This document shows, piece after piece, positions 1 to 7,945 of a stretch of 32,000 bases of DNA; the stretch's first letter is position 1; every line of letters begins with the position of its first letter. Origin of the DNA: Candidatus Poseidoniaceae archaeon (GTDB lineage Archaea > Thermoplasmatota > Poseidoniia > Poseidoniales > Poseidoniaceae). The translations under genes were made by a program, and so were the position numbers. The notes below the pieces were generated by a model. That model worked only from the letters and a program-made list of their open reading frames with translations, had not been told where the DNA came from and searched no databases. The stretch covers positions 540,001 to 572,000 of the forward strand of contig CALSTM010000001.1 in assembly GCA_943789275.1 (NCBI GenBank), given 5' to 3'.

Positions 1-546
1 GCCGTAGTTGTCTTCTGCCTTGTCAAGGTCGAGAACAACGATGCCTTCGACTTTTCCTGAAGCGACACCGACAATGAGGTCGCGCATTGGGATTCCAGCG
101 TCAGCAAGTGCAACTGCTGCAGCGGTAAGGCCAGCACAGCGAGTTCCAGCTTCAGCAGCCAAAATCTCGATTTCTACACGGATTTTTGAGCGTGGATATC
201 GTTCAACAAGAACGACGGACTCAAGTGCTTCAGCGGTCACCTTGGAGATTTCCCGTGAGCGTCGATTGTAGCCGGGACGAATTCGGTCACCGGTTGAGAA
301 AGGAGCCATGTTGTATCGCACGTCAATGACTGCACGGTCTTGGCGCTGAATCTTTCGAGGGTGCGCTTCCATAGGCCCGTACACAGCAGCAACTGCCACG
401 TTCAATCCATGCGTCACCATTGCTGAACCATCTGCAGCAGGAAGAATTCCTGCCTCGATAGAAACTGGTCGCATTTCGTCAAGCTTGCGTCCGTCCAGTC
501 GTAGACCGTCGTCGCGTAATAATTGTACATCACCGTATCCGCCCAT
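1..546 (-). CDS. rrp41: Exosome complex exonuclease Rrp41 (RNase PH fold), N-terminal 182 codons; the C-terminus lies beyond the window start
   Basis: Open-ended minus-strand frame, so absent from the ORF track. My translation from the ATG at 546-544 reads [65 protein letters not shown]...[12 protein letters not shown]...[26 protein letters not shown]. RNase PH/Rrp41 hallmarks are present (R-x-DGR, ADGSA, VYGP). The start shares one base with the rrp4 stop (TAATG at 548-544). The position matches the canonical rrp4-rrp41 order. Confidence 0.9.
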   Translation of the reverse strand, partial: MGGYGDVQLLRDDGLRLDGRKLDEMRPVSIEAGILPAADGSAMVTHGLNVAVAAVYGPMEAHPRKIQRQDRAVIDVRYNMAPFSTGDRIRPGYNRRSREISKVTAEALESVVLVERYPRSKIRVEIEILAAEAGTRCAGLTAAAVALADAGIPMRDLIVGVASGKVEGIVVLDLDKAEDNYG

Positions 547-1241
547 TAAGCATCACCATTTTTTGGAGCATTTTTTTCAAGAGCAGTTAAATCTGCTTCG
601 AATGTGTTTTTGTGTCCTGATTTAACAATCAAGTCAAACGCTTGGCGAGCCCAAGCCGTTCCTTCTGAGTTGCCATCAACCCAAACCTTGCCGTTTTCTC
701 CGACAATGATTCGGCAATCGCAAGCGTCTCGAAGACGCTGTAGAGTTGCGTTACCTTCACCGCGTAGGCGGTCAAGGTGGTTGATAGGCACCGAGTGTAG
801 AGAACCTTGCGTGAGTCGTCGAAGGCCGACGCCCTTCATTGTGAGGACAACATTGTGACACTCATCAACTTCTTGAACACGAGCGAGAACGACATCGCCG
901 ATCCCCATATGTTGACGTGCTGCACCAAATTCTACTTTCCATGGTGCCAGAGACATTGGCAACAGACCTTGGAATGGACCGTTGATGTTCATGAACCAAA
1001 GGTTGTTTCGAACTTCTGCTACTGTGGCAACGATGAGGTCGCCTGAGCGAGGCATGTATGCGCTGTTAATCGGGTCAACAGACACCGTATTGTTGAGTTG
1101 TTTGACCCACCCGAGACGGGTAGCAATGATTGTTTCGTTGTGTGCGATTGCACCACTTCCTACGCGAATCCCGGCAGATGGCCCAATAGCCATACCCGGG
1201 GTCACGAGGCGCAGCTCGGCGCCGTTTTGACCGTTGGACAT
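546..1241 (-). CDS. rrp4: Exosome complex RNA-binding protein Rrp4 (S1 + KH domains)
   Basis: The ORF track gives 546..1277. The sequence [12 protein letters not shown]...[11 protein letters not shown]...GLLPMS...GDVVLARV (N-terminal and S1-like) followed by [15 protein letters not shown] (KH-like) matches the Rrp4 pattern. I prefer the ATG at 1241 (MSNGQNG...) because GGAGAG lies 6 nt upstream of it. The ATG at 1277 is the alternative. Confidence 0.85.
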   Translation of the reverse strand: MSNGQNGAELRLVTPGMAIGPSAGIRVGSGAIAHNETIIATRLGWVKQLNNTVSVDPINSAYMPRSGDLIVATVAEVRNNLWFMNINGPFQGLLPMSLAPWKVEFGAARQHMGIGDVVLARVQEVDECHNVVLTMKGVGLRRLTQGSLHSVPINHLDRLRGEGNATLQRLRDACDCRIIVGENGKVWVDGNSEGTAWARQAFDLIVKSGHKNTFEADLTALEKNAPKNGDA

Positions 1242-1312
1242 TTCTTTCTCTCCATTCGTGGCGAATCGCCATCCCATGATAAAACCGACCCATAGAGATT
1301 CTTTCGAACCTC

Positions 1313-1321
1313 AATAAAAAA
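1313..1321 (-). promoter_or_regulatory. TTTTTTATT element 3 nt after the SBDS stop and 36-44 nt upstream of the rrp4 ORF start at 1277; either an oligo-T terminator or a TATA-like box for rrp4-rrp41
   Basis: The minus strand reads TGA AGC TTTTTTATT GAGG. Archaeal terminators are oligo-T runs and archaeal TATA boxes are A/T octamers. The sequence alone cannot tell the two apart. Confidence 0.3.
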
Positions 1322-1324
1322 GCT

Positions 1325-2011
1325 TCAGAGTTCTTTCATTTCGGTATCGGAAGAGACCCTCATCAATTTGCCATAAATGGTATCTTTCATACCGGCTGGA
1401 ATCTCAATAATTCCGGCCCAAGAACCGTTTTCGAGCCATTGTTCCTTCTCAAGGAACGGGCGTAGAATCCGAGATGAGCCACCATAGGCTGAGCCAGGGA
1501 CTCGTACAGCAAGGCGTATTGATTCAAAAGACAAGGGAATCATGGGCTTAAGCAATTCAAGAGCATCTTTGACTTGGTCGTCCAGTCGCTTGAATGGGTC
1601 AACCGAGTAACGCGACTCTGTCAGTGCCAATTCGATACGAGTTTTGGGATGAGGGCTTTTGGTCTTTGGATCGACGGCTTGCGTATGTATTTCATGAACA
1701 ATCTGCTGGCGCATTTGCTCTACACGAGCCTTACGTTGAGCAGTCGTGAGTTGGATACTTCCTTTAGCAAGAATCGTTTTGGTGATTTCGAAAATATCCT
1801 GCGTCCCAAAGGTCTTCGCAATGGCATCCTCTGTCGGTCGCTCACCACCACGGATGTCATGAAAGACTTCGTCCATGGCCAAAAAAGAATTGAGGTCAAC
1901 TGAAGCAGGTTCAGACTTGAACTCATCAACCAAGTTCGGATCGACCAGTAATTCGTATCGCTTTCCACCTTTTTCCATGCGTGCGAGCACGGCATCATCA
2001 AGACTTACCAT
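1325..2011 (-). CDS. sdo1: SBDS-family ribosome maturation protein (Shwachman-Bodian-Diamond homologue)
   Basis: 228 aa with an ATG start. MVSLDDAVLARMEKGGKRYELLVDPNLV...FHDIRGGERP...TFGTQDIFEITKTILAKGSIQLT is the typical SBDS N-terminal (FYSH) region. GAGGG lies about 8-12 nt upstream of the ATG. The gene sits between psmA and rrp4, as in the conserved archaeal superoperon. Confidence 0.9.
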   Translation of the reverse strand: MVSLDDAVLARMEKGGKRYELLVDPNLVDEFKSEPASVDLNSFLAMDEVFHDIRGGERPTEDAIAKTFGTQDIFEITKTILAKGSIQLTTAQRKARVEQMRQQIVHEIHTQAVDPKTKSPHPKTRIELALTESRYSVDPFKRLDDQVKDALELLKPMIPLSFESIRLAVRVPGSAYGGSSRILRPFLEKEQWLENGSWAGIIEIPAGMKDTIYGKLMRVSSDTEMKEL

Positions 2012-2066
2012 AATGTTCCCTCATCTGTTGAGTTGAGGGGCAGCATTTGAACGTGGTTATCTAAAC

Positions 2067-2789
2067 TCAGTCTTCAAGTGGTTTCAAGCGGTCAATTTGC
2101 TTGTTCACTTCTGAACGGTCAAGAACACGGTAACCATCACCATCGACGACGGTGACTTCAACGGCTTCTCTGTTCAGTTCCGTATCGTTGGCGCTGCGAA
2201 GAGCTTCAAGCCCGAGTTTCATTGCTGCGTTGAGTGTGAGACCTTCTTTCCAGTTGGACTCAAAATATTCGATGACGGTGTTTCTTCCGCTTCCTATTGC
2301 ACCAGCATGGTAGGATTGGTATGCACCGCTTGGGTCGGTTTCGTAGAGGTGAATACCGTTGGGGTCAACTCCACCAATCAACAGTGCAGTTCCGAACGGA
2401 CGAGAACCCCCGTATTGGGTGAAAGATTGCTTAAAGTCGCAGAGTTTCTTGACCAAAACATCGACAGGAACGCTTGCAGCGTATGTGATTCGGTTGACTT
2501 GAGCATCGACCCGAGCACGTGCGACAAGTTGACGTGCATCGGCAACCAAACCAGAGGTGGCAATACCGATGTGATCGTCAATCTTGAACATCTTCTCGAT
2601 GGATTCTGGAATAATCAGCCTGCTGACGATGCGCTTGTCACAAACCAAAACCACACCGTCACGGAACTTGAGTCCGGCAGTTGTGGTTCCACGCTTGACA
2701 GATTCTCGAGCATATTCCACTTGGAATAATCGTCCGTCTGGGCTAAAAGTAGTAATTCCGTGGTCATATCCTCTTCCGCTTGGTTGCAT
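2067..2789 (-). CDS. psmA: Proteasome subunit alpha
   Basis: YDHGITTFSPDGRLFQVEYARE is the alpha-subunit N-terminal signature. The rest (GTTTAGLKFRDGVVLV...GLVADAR...YGGSRPFG) is a proteasome alpha fold. The ORF-track start at 2804 is GTG. I use the ATG at 2789 (MQPSGRGYD...). Confidence 0.95.
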   Translation of the reverse strand: MQPSGRGYDHGITTFSPDGRLFQVEYARESVKRGTTTAGLKFRDGVVLVCDKRIVSRLIIPESIEKMFKIDDHIGIATSGLVADARQLVARARVDAQVNRITYAASVPVDVLVKKLCDFKQSFTQYGGSRPFGTALLIGGVDPNGIHLYETDPSGAYQSYHAGAIGSGRNTVIEYFESNWKEGLTLNAAMKLGLEALRSANDTELNREAVEVTVVDGDGYRVLDRSEVNKQIDRLKPLED

Positions 2790-2810
2790 TTCGTTCACTC
2801 TCACTGTGTC

Positions 2811-2833
2811 CTTAAATCGACGCTTTATGAGGA
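2811..2833 (-). promoter_or_regulatory. Candidate TATA-box region for psmA (boxes TTTAAG and CATAAAG)
   Basis: The minus strand reads CATAAAGCGTCGATTTAAGGACACAGTGAGAGTGAACGAAATG. The TTTAAG box is centred about 26 nt upstream of the ATG at 2789, and the ATAAAG box is a similar distance upstream of the GTG at 2804. Either spacing would fit a leaderless or short-leader archaeal transcript. Confidence 0.3.
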
Positions 2834-2961
2834 TGCGGGTTCACTCGCATGAACACGAACTCATCGGCCGAGATACATCCTACTCCACGCCACCCCATTT
2901 GAACCCTTACACATCATCGTTTCACCCCTAACCTCATCAAACAGACCGCTGTAGGACCGAT

Positions 2962-3627
2962 ATGCGTGTTGCTGTCCTCTCATCCGGCGGGAAAGATTCC
3001 GCTGCTGCTTGGTGGTGGGCTACCTGTCGTGGGTGGGAAGTAACTCACCTGGTAACCGTTCGAATAACGGGCGGAGATTCTTGGATGTTTCAAGTTCCAG
3101 GAACGCATTTGGTCAAGCATCAAGCTGGACTTGCCGGTATACCTTGGATTGAAGTCGAAACCAAAGGCGTTCAAGAAGAGGAAATTGACGACCTTGAAAA
3201 TGCACTGGCTGCCTTGAGTATTGATGGCATTGTGAGTGGGGCATTACGCTCTGACTATCAAAAAAGCAGAATTGAACGGATGGCTCAGCGATTGGAGATC
3301 AAGAGTTGGACACCCTTGTGGCATCAGAAAAGTGAAGCACACATGCGTGGACTCATTGAAAACAAATTTCAGGTCTTCATTACCGGTGTGAGTTGCGAAG
3401 GCTTGGGCAAAGAATGGATTGGGCGCACGCTTGACGCTTCATCTCTGCGAGAATTAGAAGAACTTGCGAAACGCTACCGATTCAATGTCGACGGTGAAGG
3501 CGGAGAGTACGAGACTCTGGTCACCGGAGGGCCACATCTTCAAGGTCGATTGGAACTTTCAGGCGATGTCCATTGGGATGGCGTCCGTGGGACGTACGAA
3601 ATCACTGGAGTTCAAGCAATAGCTTGA
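2962..3627 (+). CDS. dph6: Diphthine-ammonia ligase (Dph6 / MJ0570-family PP-loop ATPase)
   Basis: 221 aa. MRVAVLSSGGKDSAAA carries the SGGKDS PP-loop. GALRSDYQKSRIERMAQRL and DGEGGEYETLV are the characteristic MJ0570/Dph6 motifs. The 3' end overlaps the convergent purB by 16 nt. Confidence 0.8.
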   Translation: MRVAVLSSGGKDSAAAWWWATCRGWEVTHLVTVRITGGDSWMFQVPGTHLVKHQAGLAGIPWIEVETKGVQEEEIDDLENALAALSIDGIVSGALRSDYQKSRIERMAQRLEIKSWTPLWHQKSEAHMRGLIENKFQVFITGVSCEGLGKEWIGRTLDASSLRELEELAKRYRFNVDGEGGEYETLVTGGPHLQGRLELSGDVHWDGVRGTYEITGVQAIA

Positions 3628-4961
3628 CGGGCGAGTGCAACACATTCGTCGACAATTTCACCCGATACACCGATGTGGTTCGATGGTTCAAACATGGCTT
3701 CCAATTCTTCGGCAGAAAACGCAGCGGAAATAGCAGGAGTTCGACTGCAAACATCAATCAGTTCGATGTTCTTGTCCACCGCTTCAAAGGAAGCGGCTCG
3801 AAGAATCTCATGCGCTTCGTCACGAGGGATGCCGTGGTCAACCAAGTCAATCATGACCTTCTCAGCCATAACAAGGCCTTTCTGGGCTTTGATATTCGCC
3901 ATGCAACGCTCGGCATCAACCCACATGTTCTTCAAAACATCGCGTGTTTTCGCAAGAACATCTTCACACAGAGCTGAGCCGTGTGAGAGTGTAAACCGCT
4001 CACTGCTGGAGTTGGCCAAGTCACGCTCATGCCACAACAAAGCGTTCTCGTATGTTGGTATAATCATCGCACGAACGATGCGAGCAAGGCCACATGCGTT
4101 TTCAGACTTAATCGGATTCTTCTTGTGGGCCATGGTCGATGAGCCGACCTGTTTTTCAACATCAAAACCTTCGCCGGCTTCTCGAAGTTCAGAGCGTTGT
4201 AGGTTTCGAACTTCTTGCAAGATTTTCTCACATGTAGCAGCCACAGTCGACAACCAAGAAACGTACTCAATGTACCGGTCACGGCCGACAACTTGGGTTG
4301 TAGCAAGCGGTACGCCAAGACCAAGATGTGTAAGGATAAGACGCTGGAGTTCACGAGCATGTTCTCCTTGGGCAGCACCGGTTCCGACCGCACCGAGGAA
4401 TTTGCCAACTGAAATGCGAGGCGCTGCTTCATCCAAACGAATGAGGTGGCGGCGCAGTTCATCGAGCCATACCGCTGCTTTCAACCCAAAAGTGATGGGT
4501 ACTGCTGCTTGCCCATGTGTCCGTCCAAGCATAACAGTATCACGTTCCCGTTCTGCAACATCTGCACAAACACCAATGAGGAGGCAAAGTTGTTCACGCA
4601 GCAAAACGATACTGTCACGAAGTTGCAAGGCCACCGCCGTGTCGACAATATCGTTTGAAGTTGCACCAAGATGGATACACCAACCGGCATCGCCGGCAGC
4701 CTCGGCCATTGCTTTTGTTAACGCCATGATATCGTGACGAGTTTCAGCCTCAATTTCCGACACTCGTTCTTTGGTAACCGAATCTGGGTTCGCAATCGCT
4801 GCCACTGCGTTGTAGTCGTCTTCAGTAACTCGGCCAAGTTGCATGTGTGCCCAAATCAGTGCACGCTCAACTTCGAGTTGTCGTTCATGCCGTCCTACTT
4901 CGGACCAAATGCGTTTGAAATCTTGGCAGCCGTATCGGTAATCAAGTGGACAGAAGGCCAT
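3612..4961 (-). CDS. purB: Adenylosuccinate lyase
   Basis: The fumarate-lyase superfamily signature GSSTMAHKKNP is present, with the N-terminal PLDYRYG motif and the TSNDIVDTA and HGQAAVPITFG loops. The ORF track extends to 4994. I start at the ATG at 4961 (MAFCPLDYRYG), which matches typical PurB N-termini. ATGs at 4994 and 4988 are alternatives. Confidence 0.92.
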   Translation of the reverse strand: MAFCPLDYRYGCQDFKRIWSEVGRHERQLEVERALIWAHMQLGRVTEDDYNAVAAIANPDSVTKERVSEIEAETRHDIMALTKAMAEAAGDAGWCIHLGATSNDIVDTAVALQLRDSIVLLREQLCLLIGVCADVAERERDTVMLGRTHGQAAVPITFGLKAAVWLDELRRHLIRLDEAAPRISVGKFLGAVGTGAAQGEHARELQRLILTHLGLGVPLATTQVVGRDRYIEYVSWLSTVAATCEKILQEVRNLQRSELREAGEGFDVEKQVGSSTMAHKKNPIKSENACGLARIVRAMIIPTYENALLWHERDLANSSSERFTLSHGSALCEDVLAKTRDVLKNMWVDAERCMANIKAQKGLVMAEKVMIDLVDHGIPRDEAHEILRAASFEAVDKNIELIDVCSRTPAISAAFSAEELEAMFEPSNHIGVSGEIVDECVALARQAIA

Positions 4962-5028
4962 GTTTGAACTCCACACTCCACGCTTCATCAACATTGCCGT
5001 TGTTTACGATGCACCGTTAAGTCGTGAA

Positions 5029-5457
5029 TTAAGCGTCGACGTGAACTGGAGACATCACTGAACGAATCAAAATAATAGCCAGAGCGGTCGACAACAGGAA
5101 CGCTAAGCCGACGTAAAGAGAAATGTTGTACCACATCATTGCAACGCCGAGGAGAGAAAAGTAAGCGACAACTTGGCAAACTGCAGAAGCCATATTCAAT
5201 CGCTGAATGCGTTCTGGACTGAGTTCACCGTCATGCTCCATCATGAAGGTGTATATGAGGAAGTAAGTGCCTTGGAACGGAAGTGAAGAAGCAATGATCG
5301 CAAGTGCAATCTCACGTATCTGTTGTGGATTTGCTTCTTGTTCGATACCTTGAAACAGCATAATTGCGGTATTTGTACCGAGAAGTGCTGCCATGATGGC
5401 CCAGCGTTTGTCTTGAGATGACGTACGACTTTCGACATTCACCGATTGGTCATCCAT
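5029..5457 (-). CDS. Hypothetical membrane protein (about 4 predicted TM helices)
   Basis: 142 aa with an ATG start. Four hydrophobic stretches are visible (WAIMAALLGTNTAIMLF, IALAIIASSLPFQGTYFLIYTF, ASAVCQVVAYFSLLGVAMMWY, LYVGLAFLLSTALAIILI). I recognise no family motif. Confidence 0.6.
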   Translation of the reverse strand: MDDQSVNVESRTSSQDKRWAIMAALLGTNTAIMLFQGIEQEANPQQIREIALAIIASSLPFQGTYFLIYTFMMEHDGELSPERIQRLNMASAVCQVVAYFSLLGVAMMWYNISLYVGLAFLLSTALAIILIRSVMSPVHVDA

Positions 5458-5533
5458 ATGCCTTCGTCAAATGGAAAGGGTTTGATGTTTACCGTCAAAA
5501 CAAAACGAACGGTTGCGTTTTAGCGATGTTCAG

Positions 5534-5564
5534 TCGTTTCGAAATCAAAGTAAATTCGAAACGA
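5534..5564 (-). terminator. Perfect 10-bp inverted repeat (TCGTTTCGAA / TTCGAAACGA) with an 11-nt loop, spanning the stop codon of the 74-aa gene
   Basis: Arms at 5534-5543 and 5555-5564 are exactly complementary. On the minus-strand transcript a TTTTGTTTTG run follows about 30 nt downstream. It could be a terminator, an attenuator or a protein-binding palindrome. The function is not established. Confidence 0.3.
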
Positions 5565-5769
5565 GTTTGATCAGAGCGCCGGTTACGGTTGCAACACCCA
5601 GAAGGACGAAAAGCATCGACAAGGGGCCGTATTGATTCGAATCACCAAGTATTGTGCCCATGACACCATCACGCTGAATGGCTTCACGGAATGAGGCGGC
5701 TTCTTTGAAATCAGGAAGAGGGCGGCGGGGAATCCGTTCGCCCTTTCGAACTTCAAGGTCATCGCTCAT
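5545..5769 (-). CDS. Hypothetical small tail-anchored membrane protein
   Basis: 74 aa with an ATG start. The N-terminal 50 aa are polar and charged (MSDDLEVRKGERIPRRPLPDFKEAASFREAIQRDG). A single hydrophobic helix sits at the extreme C-terminus (LSMLFVLLGVATVTGALIKLVSNLL). I recognise no family. Confidence 0.5.
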   Translation of the reverse strand: MSDDLEVRKGERIPRRPLPDFKEAASFREAIQRDGVMGTILGDSNQYGPLSMLFVLLGVATVTGALIKLVSNLL

Positions 5770-5858
5770 GTTGTTGGGTAAGAGAGGTAGGGCATGAATG
5801 TTGCTGAGGATATCAGCGATGGGTAAGTATCAATGATGTGTTCCACCCACACGGGTTC

Positions 5859-6449
5859 ATGGGCAGGTTCCGTTTTGAGAAAACAAGTGAAAATATTCAC
5901 CTTGCTGTCGAAGGTAGCGTGGGTGGAACAACGCTCGGTCTGCACATGGCGACAGACGTCATTGAACGAGGAGGTCGCGTGCTGTGGGCATCTCCATTCA
6001 TGCCCGATGGTGTTCGTTTCGGTCAGCTTTTCTCTCACCTCTCACTCGCAAACTCAGCAAAATATCATGCTATGAACATCGGAGGTGATTTCGACCAAGC
6101 TGTAGAGATTTTGATTCAAACATCAAATTCTCTGCCCAGCGTAGAACTCATTGTCATGGACGATTGGTGCGAGCGGTCTGGGCGAATATCGAAGGATAAA
6201 ATCGATGCCGTGCAAAAACTTGCGGAAAAAACAACTGAAGAGATTTGCATACTGCTCATTAGCAAAGGCAGTGTTGATGCCAGCGGTCAATCCGATTCGG
6301 CAGTGATTGCCCGAGCAAAAGATTCTATGGCAGCAGCTGGATTTGAAGTGTGGAGGCTTGAGCGCCCCAAAGATGGCCCTTTTCGAACATTAACCACTTC
6401 GAGTGATGAACATTTGCTTCGTCTCGAAGAAGAAGGCTTTTTTCACTGA
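5859..6449 (+). CDS. KaiC/RecA-superfamily ATPase-fold protein with a degenerate (lysine-less) Walker A
   Basis: The ORF track starts at a GTG at 5838. I use the ATG at 5859. The layout follows single-domain KaiC/RadB-like proteins: strand plus P-loop position IHLAVEGSVGGTTLGLHMA (5913-5933 encodes GSVGGTT in place of GxxGxGKT), then GGRVLWAS, a Walker B-like ELIVMDDW (6144-6167), then ICILLISK. The 3' end overlaps the convergent 90-aa gene by 7 nt. Confidence 0.55.
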   Translation: MGRFRFEKTSENIHLAVEGSVGGTTLGLHMATDVIERGGRVLWASPFMPDGVRFGQLFSHLSLANSAKYHAMNIGGDFDQAVEILIQTSNSLPSVELIVMDDWCERSGRISKDKIDAVQKLAEKTTEEICILLISKGSVDASGQSDSAVIARAKDSMAAAGFEVWRLERPKDGPFRTLTTSSDEHLLRLEEEGFFH

Positions 6450-6715
6450 TCTTCGTCATCTTCACCGAGCAACTCAGCCATTTCATCCAGAGCATCTTCA
6501 TCCGGCTCGTCAAATTGGCTGGGGTTTTTTGCCCCGCCGTCGAGGGTATCTTCGCCAGCGACTTTCGGGGCTGCTGCATCGAGCATAGATTGACGGTTTT
6601 CGCCTGCCCGCTTCGCAATAATCCAAGACATGCCTACAAACACGAGAACGAGAACAAAGTACGCAATGTTCTTTGTTAAATCTTGGTCAGCCATACCGGT
6701 CTTAGTATCACTCAT
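6443..6715 (-). CDS. Hypothetical small membrane protein with one N-terminal TM helix and a strongly acidic C-terminal tail
   Basis: 90 aa with an ATG start. The TM helix is IAYFVLVLVFVGMSWIIA. The tail DEPDEDALDEMAELLGEDDEDQ is very acidic. The gene is co-directional with tiaS, 41 nt downstream of it. Confidence 0.5.
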   Translation of the reverse strand: MSDTKTGMADQDLTKNIAYFVLVLVFVGMSWIIAKRAGENRQSMLDAAAPKVAGEDTLDGGAKNPSQFDEPDEDALDEMAELLGEDDEDQ

Positions 6716-6756
6716 GATTTATTGATTTCCCAACATTGACGTCCGAGAACATCATT

Positions 6757-7941
6757 CTACCATTCCAATGGTTTCGCCAAATGTCGACGAGAACCATGAG
6801 GGGGTTGGACCCATGAAGGGTAGGGTGGGACACGGGGGACTTCGTTCCATACATCATTGGTACGCACCTTACATTTTGGACAACGGCATCCCTGGCCAGA
6901 GCCCATAGATTTCATTCGGACCTTACACTTGTCGCACTTCGGACGCTCTCGAGACGGAACCGAAGAGATGAGTCGTAACTTTTCAAGATGCATCACTCCC
7001 GCCTCCGGTGAAAGACCGTTTCCTTCAATCACATCACCAGGCCGCAACCATTGTGCAAGTAATTTGATTGGACCGGACTCCTCAAATGCCATCCATTGAC
7101 CGTTTTCAGTTACAATACAGGTACTGCCTCGATTCAAGACTTCCGTTGAAAGGACTGTTGACTGAACAGGTTCTGAAAGATGGTCGTCCGTAGCTTGATT
7201 GGTTACGAATACCCGCATACCGATACTGTCTTCGGTTTGTTCAGCATTTCGTAATTCGGTCCCGGCTCGCTGAGCTGTATCCGCATCACGAGCTCGGATA
7301 CCGAAAAGGACAGGGCAGGGTCCGCGAGGAGCAACAAAACTGGTACCTTTACGAGGGTCGCGGGAAAGAAAGGTCGATGGTAAGTGGTCGATACGATGGA
7401 GTGTTGCCTCACATACGAACCGCTCATTCTGACCGTGGCGCTCCAAAGTACGCCAGACAATTGCTTCCCAAGTCGGTTGTCTCTCCCGCCAACAAACTGC
7501 GGCTGTAGCACCAATTCGACCTTGGCCACCCCATGATCGTGTGGCTGGTGGGACATCGCTGAGTTGGACCTCATGTCGAACTGAGGCCGTGTAAAACGCT
7601 TCCTCTGGGCGTTCTGAGGAAAACCATACCATTCCCGGGTCTGAAGGGTATTGTTGACGAGAATCATGATGTGATTCAGAGCGGCGTCCGGCGAATGGAG
7701 CTATATTTTGGCTCCAAAAAGTTTCCAAATACTCAAGCAGTTGCTCTTCATCTTCCGTCTTCAATTCCACAGCAACTGCTGCGTTCCCTCGAGTACGCTG
7801 TTGAGCGAAAGGCCACAATCGCACCAGTTTGGGTGACAACACCTCAACTGCATCCGGGAGTCCTGCAAGCAGAAGATGAAAGGTGAACGTGGTGCATCCT
7901 TGCTCCAAACTGTCCGTGTCGTCTAAACCAAGCCAACCCAT
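6757..7941 (-). CDS. tiaS: tRNA(Ile2) 2-agmatinylcytidine synthetase TiaS
   Basis: The N-terminus MGWLGLDDTDSLEQGCTT matches the TiaS signature (G-h-DDTDS...CTT). The C-terminus carries a CxxC...CxxC zinc ribbon (CDKCKVRMKSMGSGQGCRCPKCK), as in TiaS. At 394 aa the length is about right. Confidence 0.85.
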   Translation of the reverse strand: MGWLGLDDTDSLEQGCTTFTFHLLLAGLPDAVEVLSPKLVRLWPFAQQRTRGNAAVAVELKTEDEEQLLEYLETFWSQNIAPFAGRRSESHHDSRQQYPSDPGMVWFSSERPEEAFYTASVRHEVQLSDVPPATRSWGGQGRIGATAAVCWRERQPTWEAIVWRTLERHGQNERFVCEATLHRIDHLPSTFLSRDPRKGTSFVAPRGPCPVLFGIRARDADTAQRAGTELRNAEQTEDSIGMRVFVTNQATDDHLSEPVQSTVLSTEVLNRGSTCIVTENGQWMAFEESGPIKLLAQWLRPGDVIEGNGLSPEAGVMHLEKLRLISSVPSRERPKCDKCKVRMKSMGSGQGCRCPKCKVRTNDVWNEVPRVPPYPSWVQPPHGSRRHLAKPLEW

Positions 7942-7945
7942 ATCA

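Noticed and set aside
2307-2729. 140-aa plus-strand ORF
   Set aside because: It is antisense to the proteasome alpha subunit gene and has no recognisable features.
3673-4737. 354-aa plus-strand ORF, the longest unassigned ORF in the track
   Set aside because: It lies entirely antisense to purB, which has unmistakable fumarate-lyase motifs. Its product is Arg/Ser/Ala-rich low-complexity sequence with no motifs. This is a typical shadow ORF.
5766-6038. 90-aa minus-strand ORF and the 80-aa plus-strand ORF at 5833..6075
   Set aside because: Both overlap the 5' end of the KaiC-like gene and the divergent spacer in other frames. Their products are Cys/His/Thr-rich with no features. The KaiC-like frame has the coherent domain pattern.
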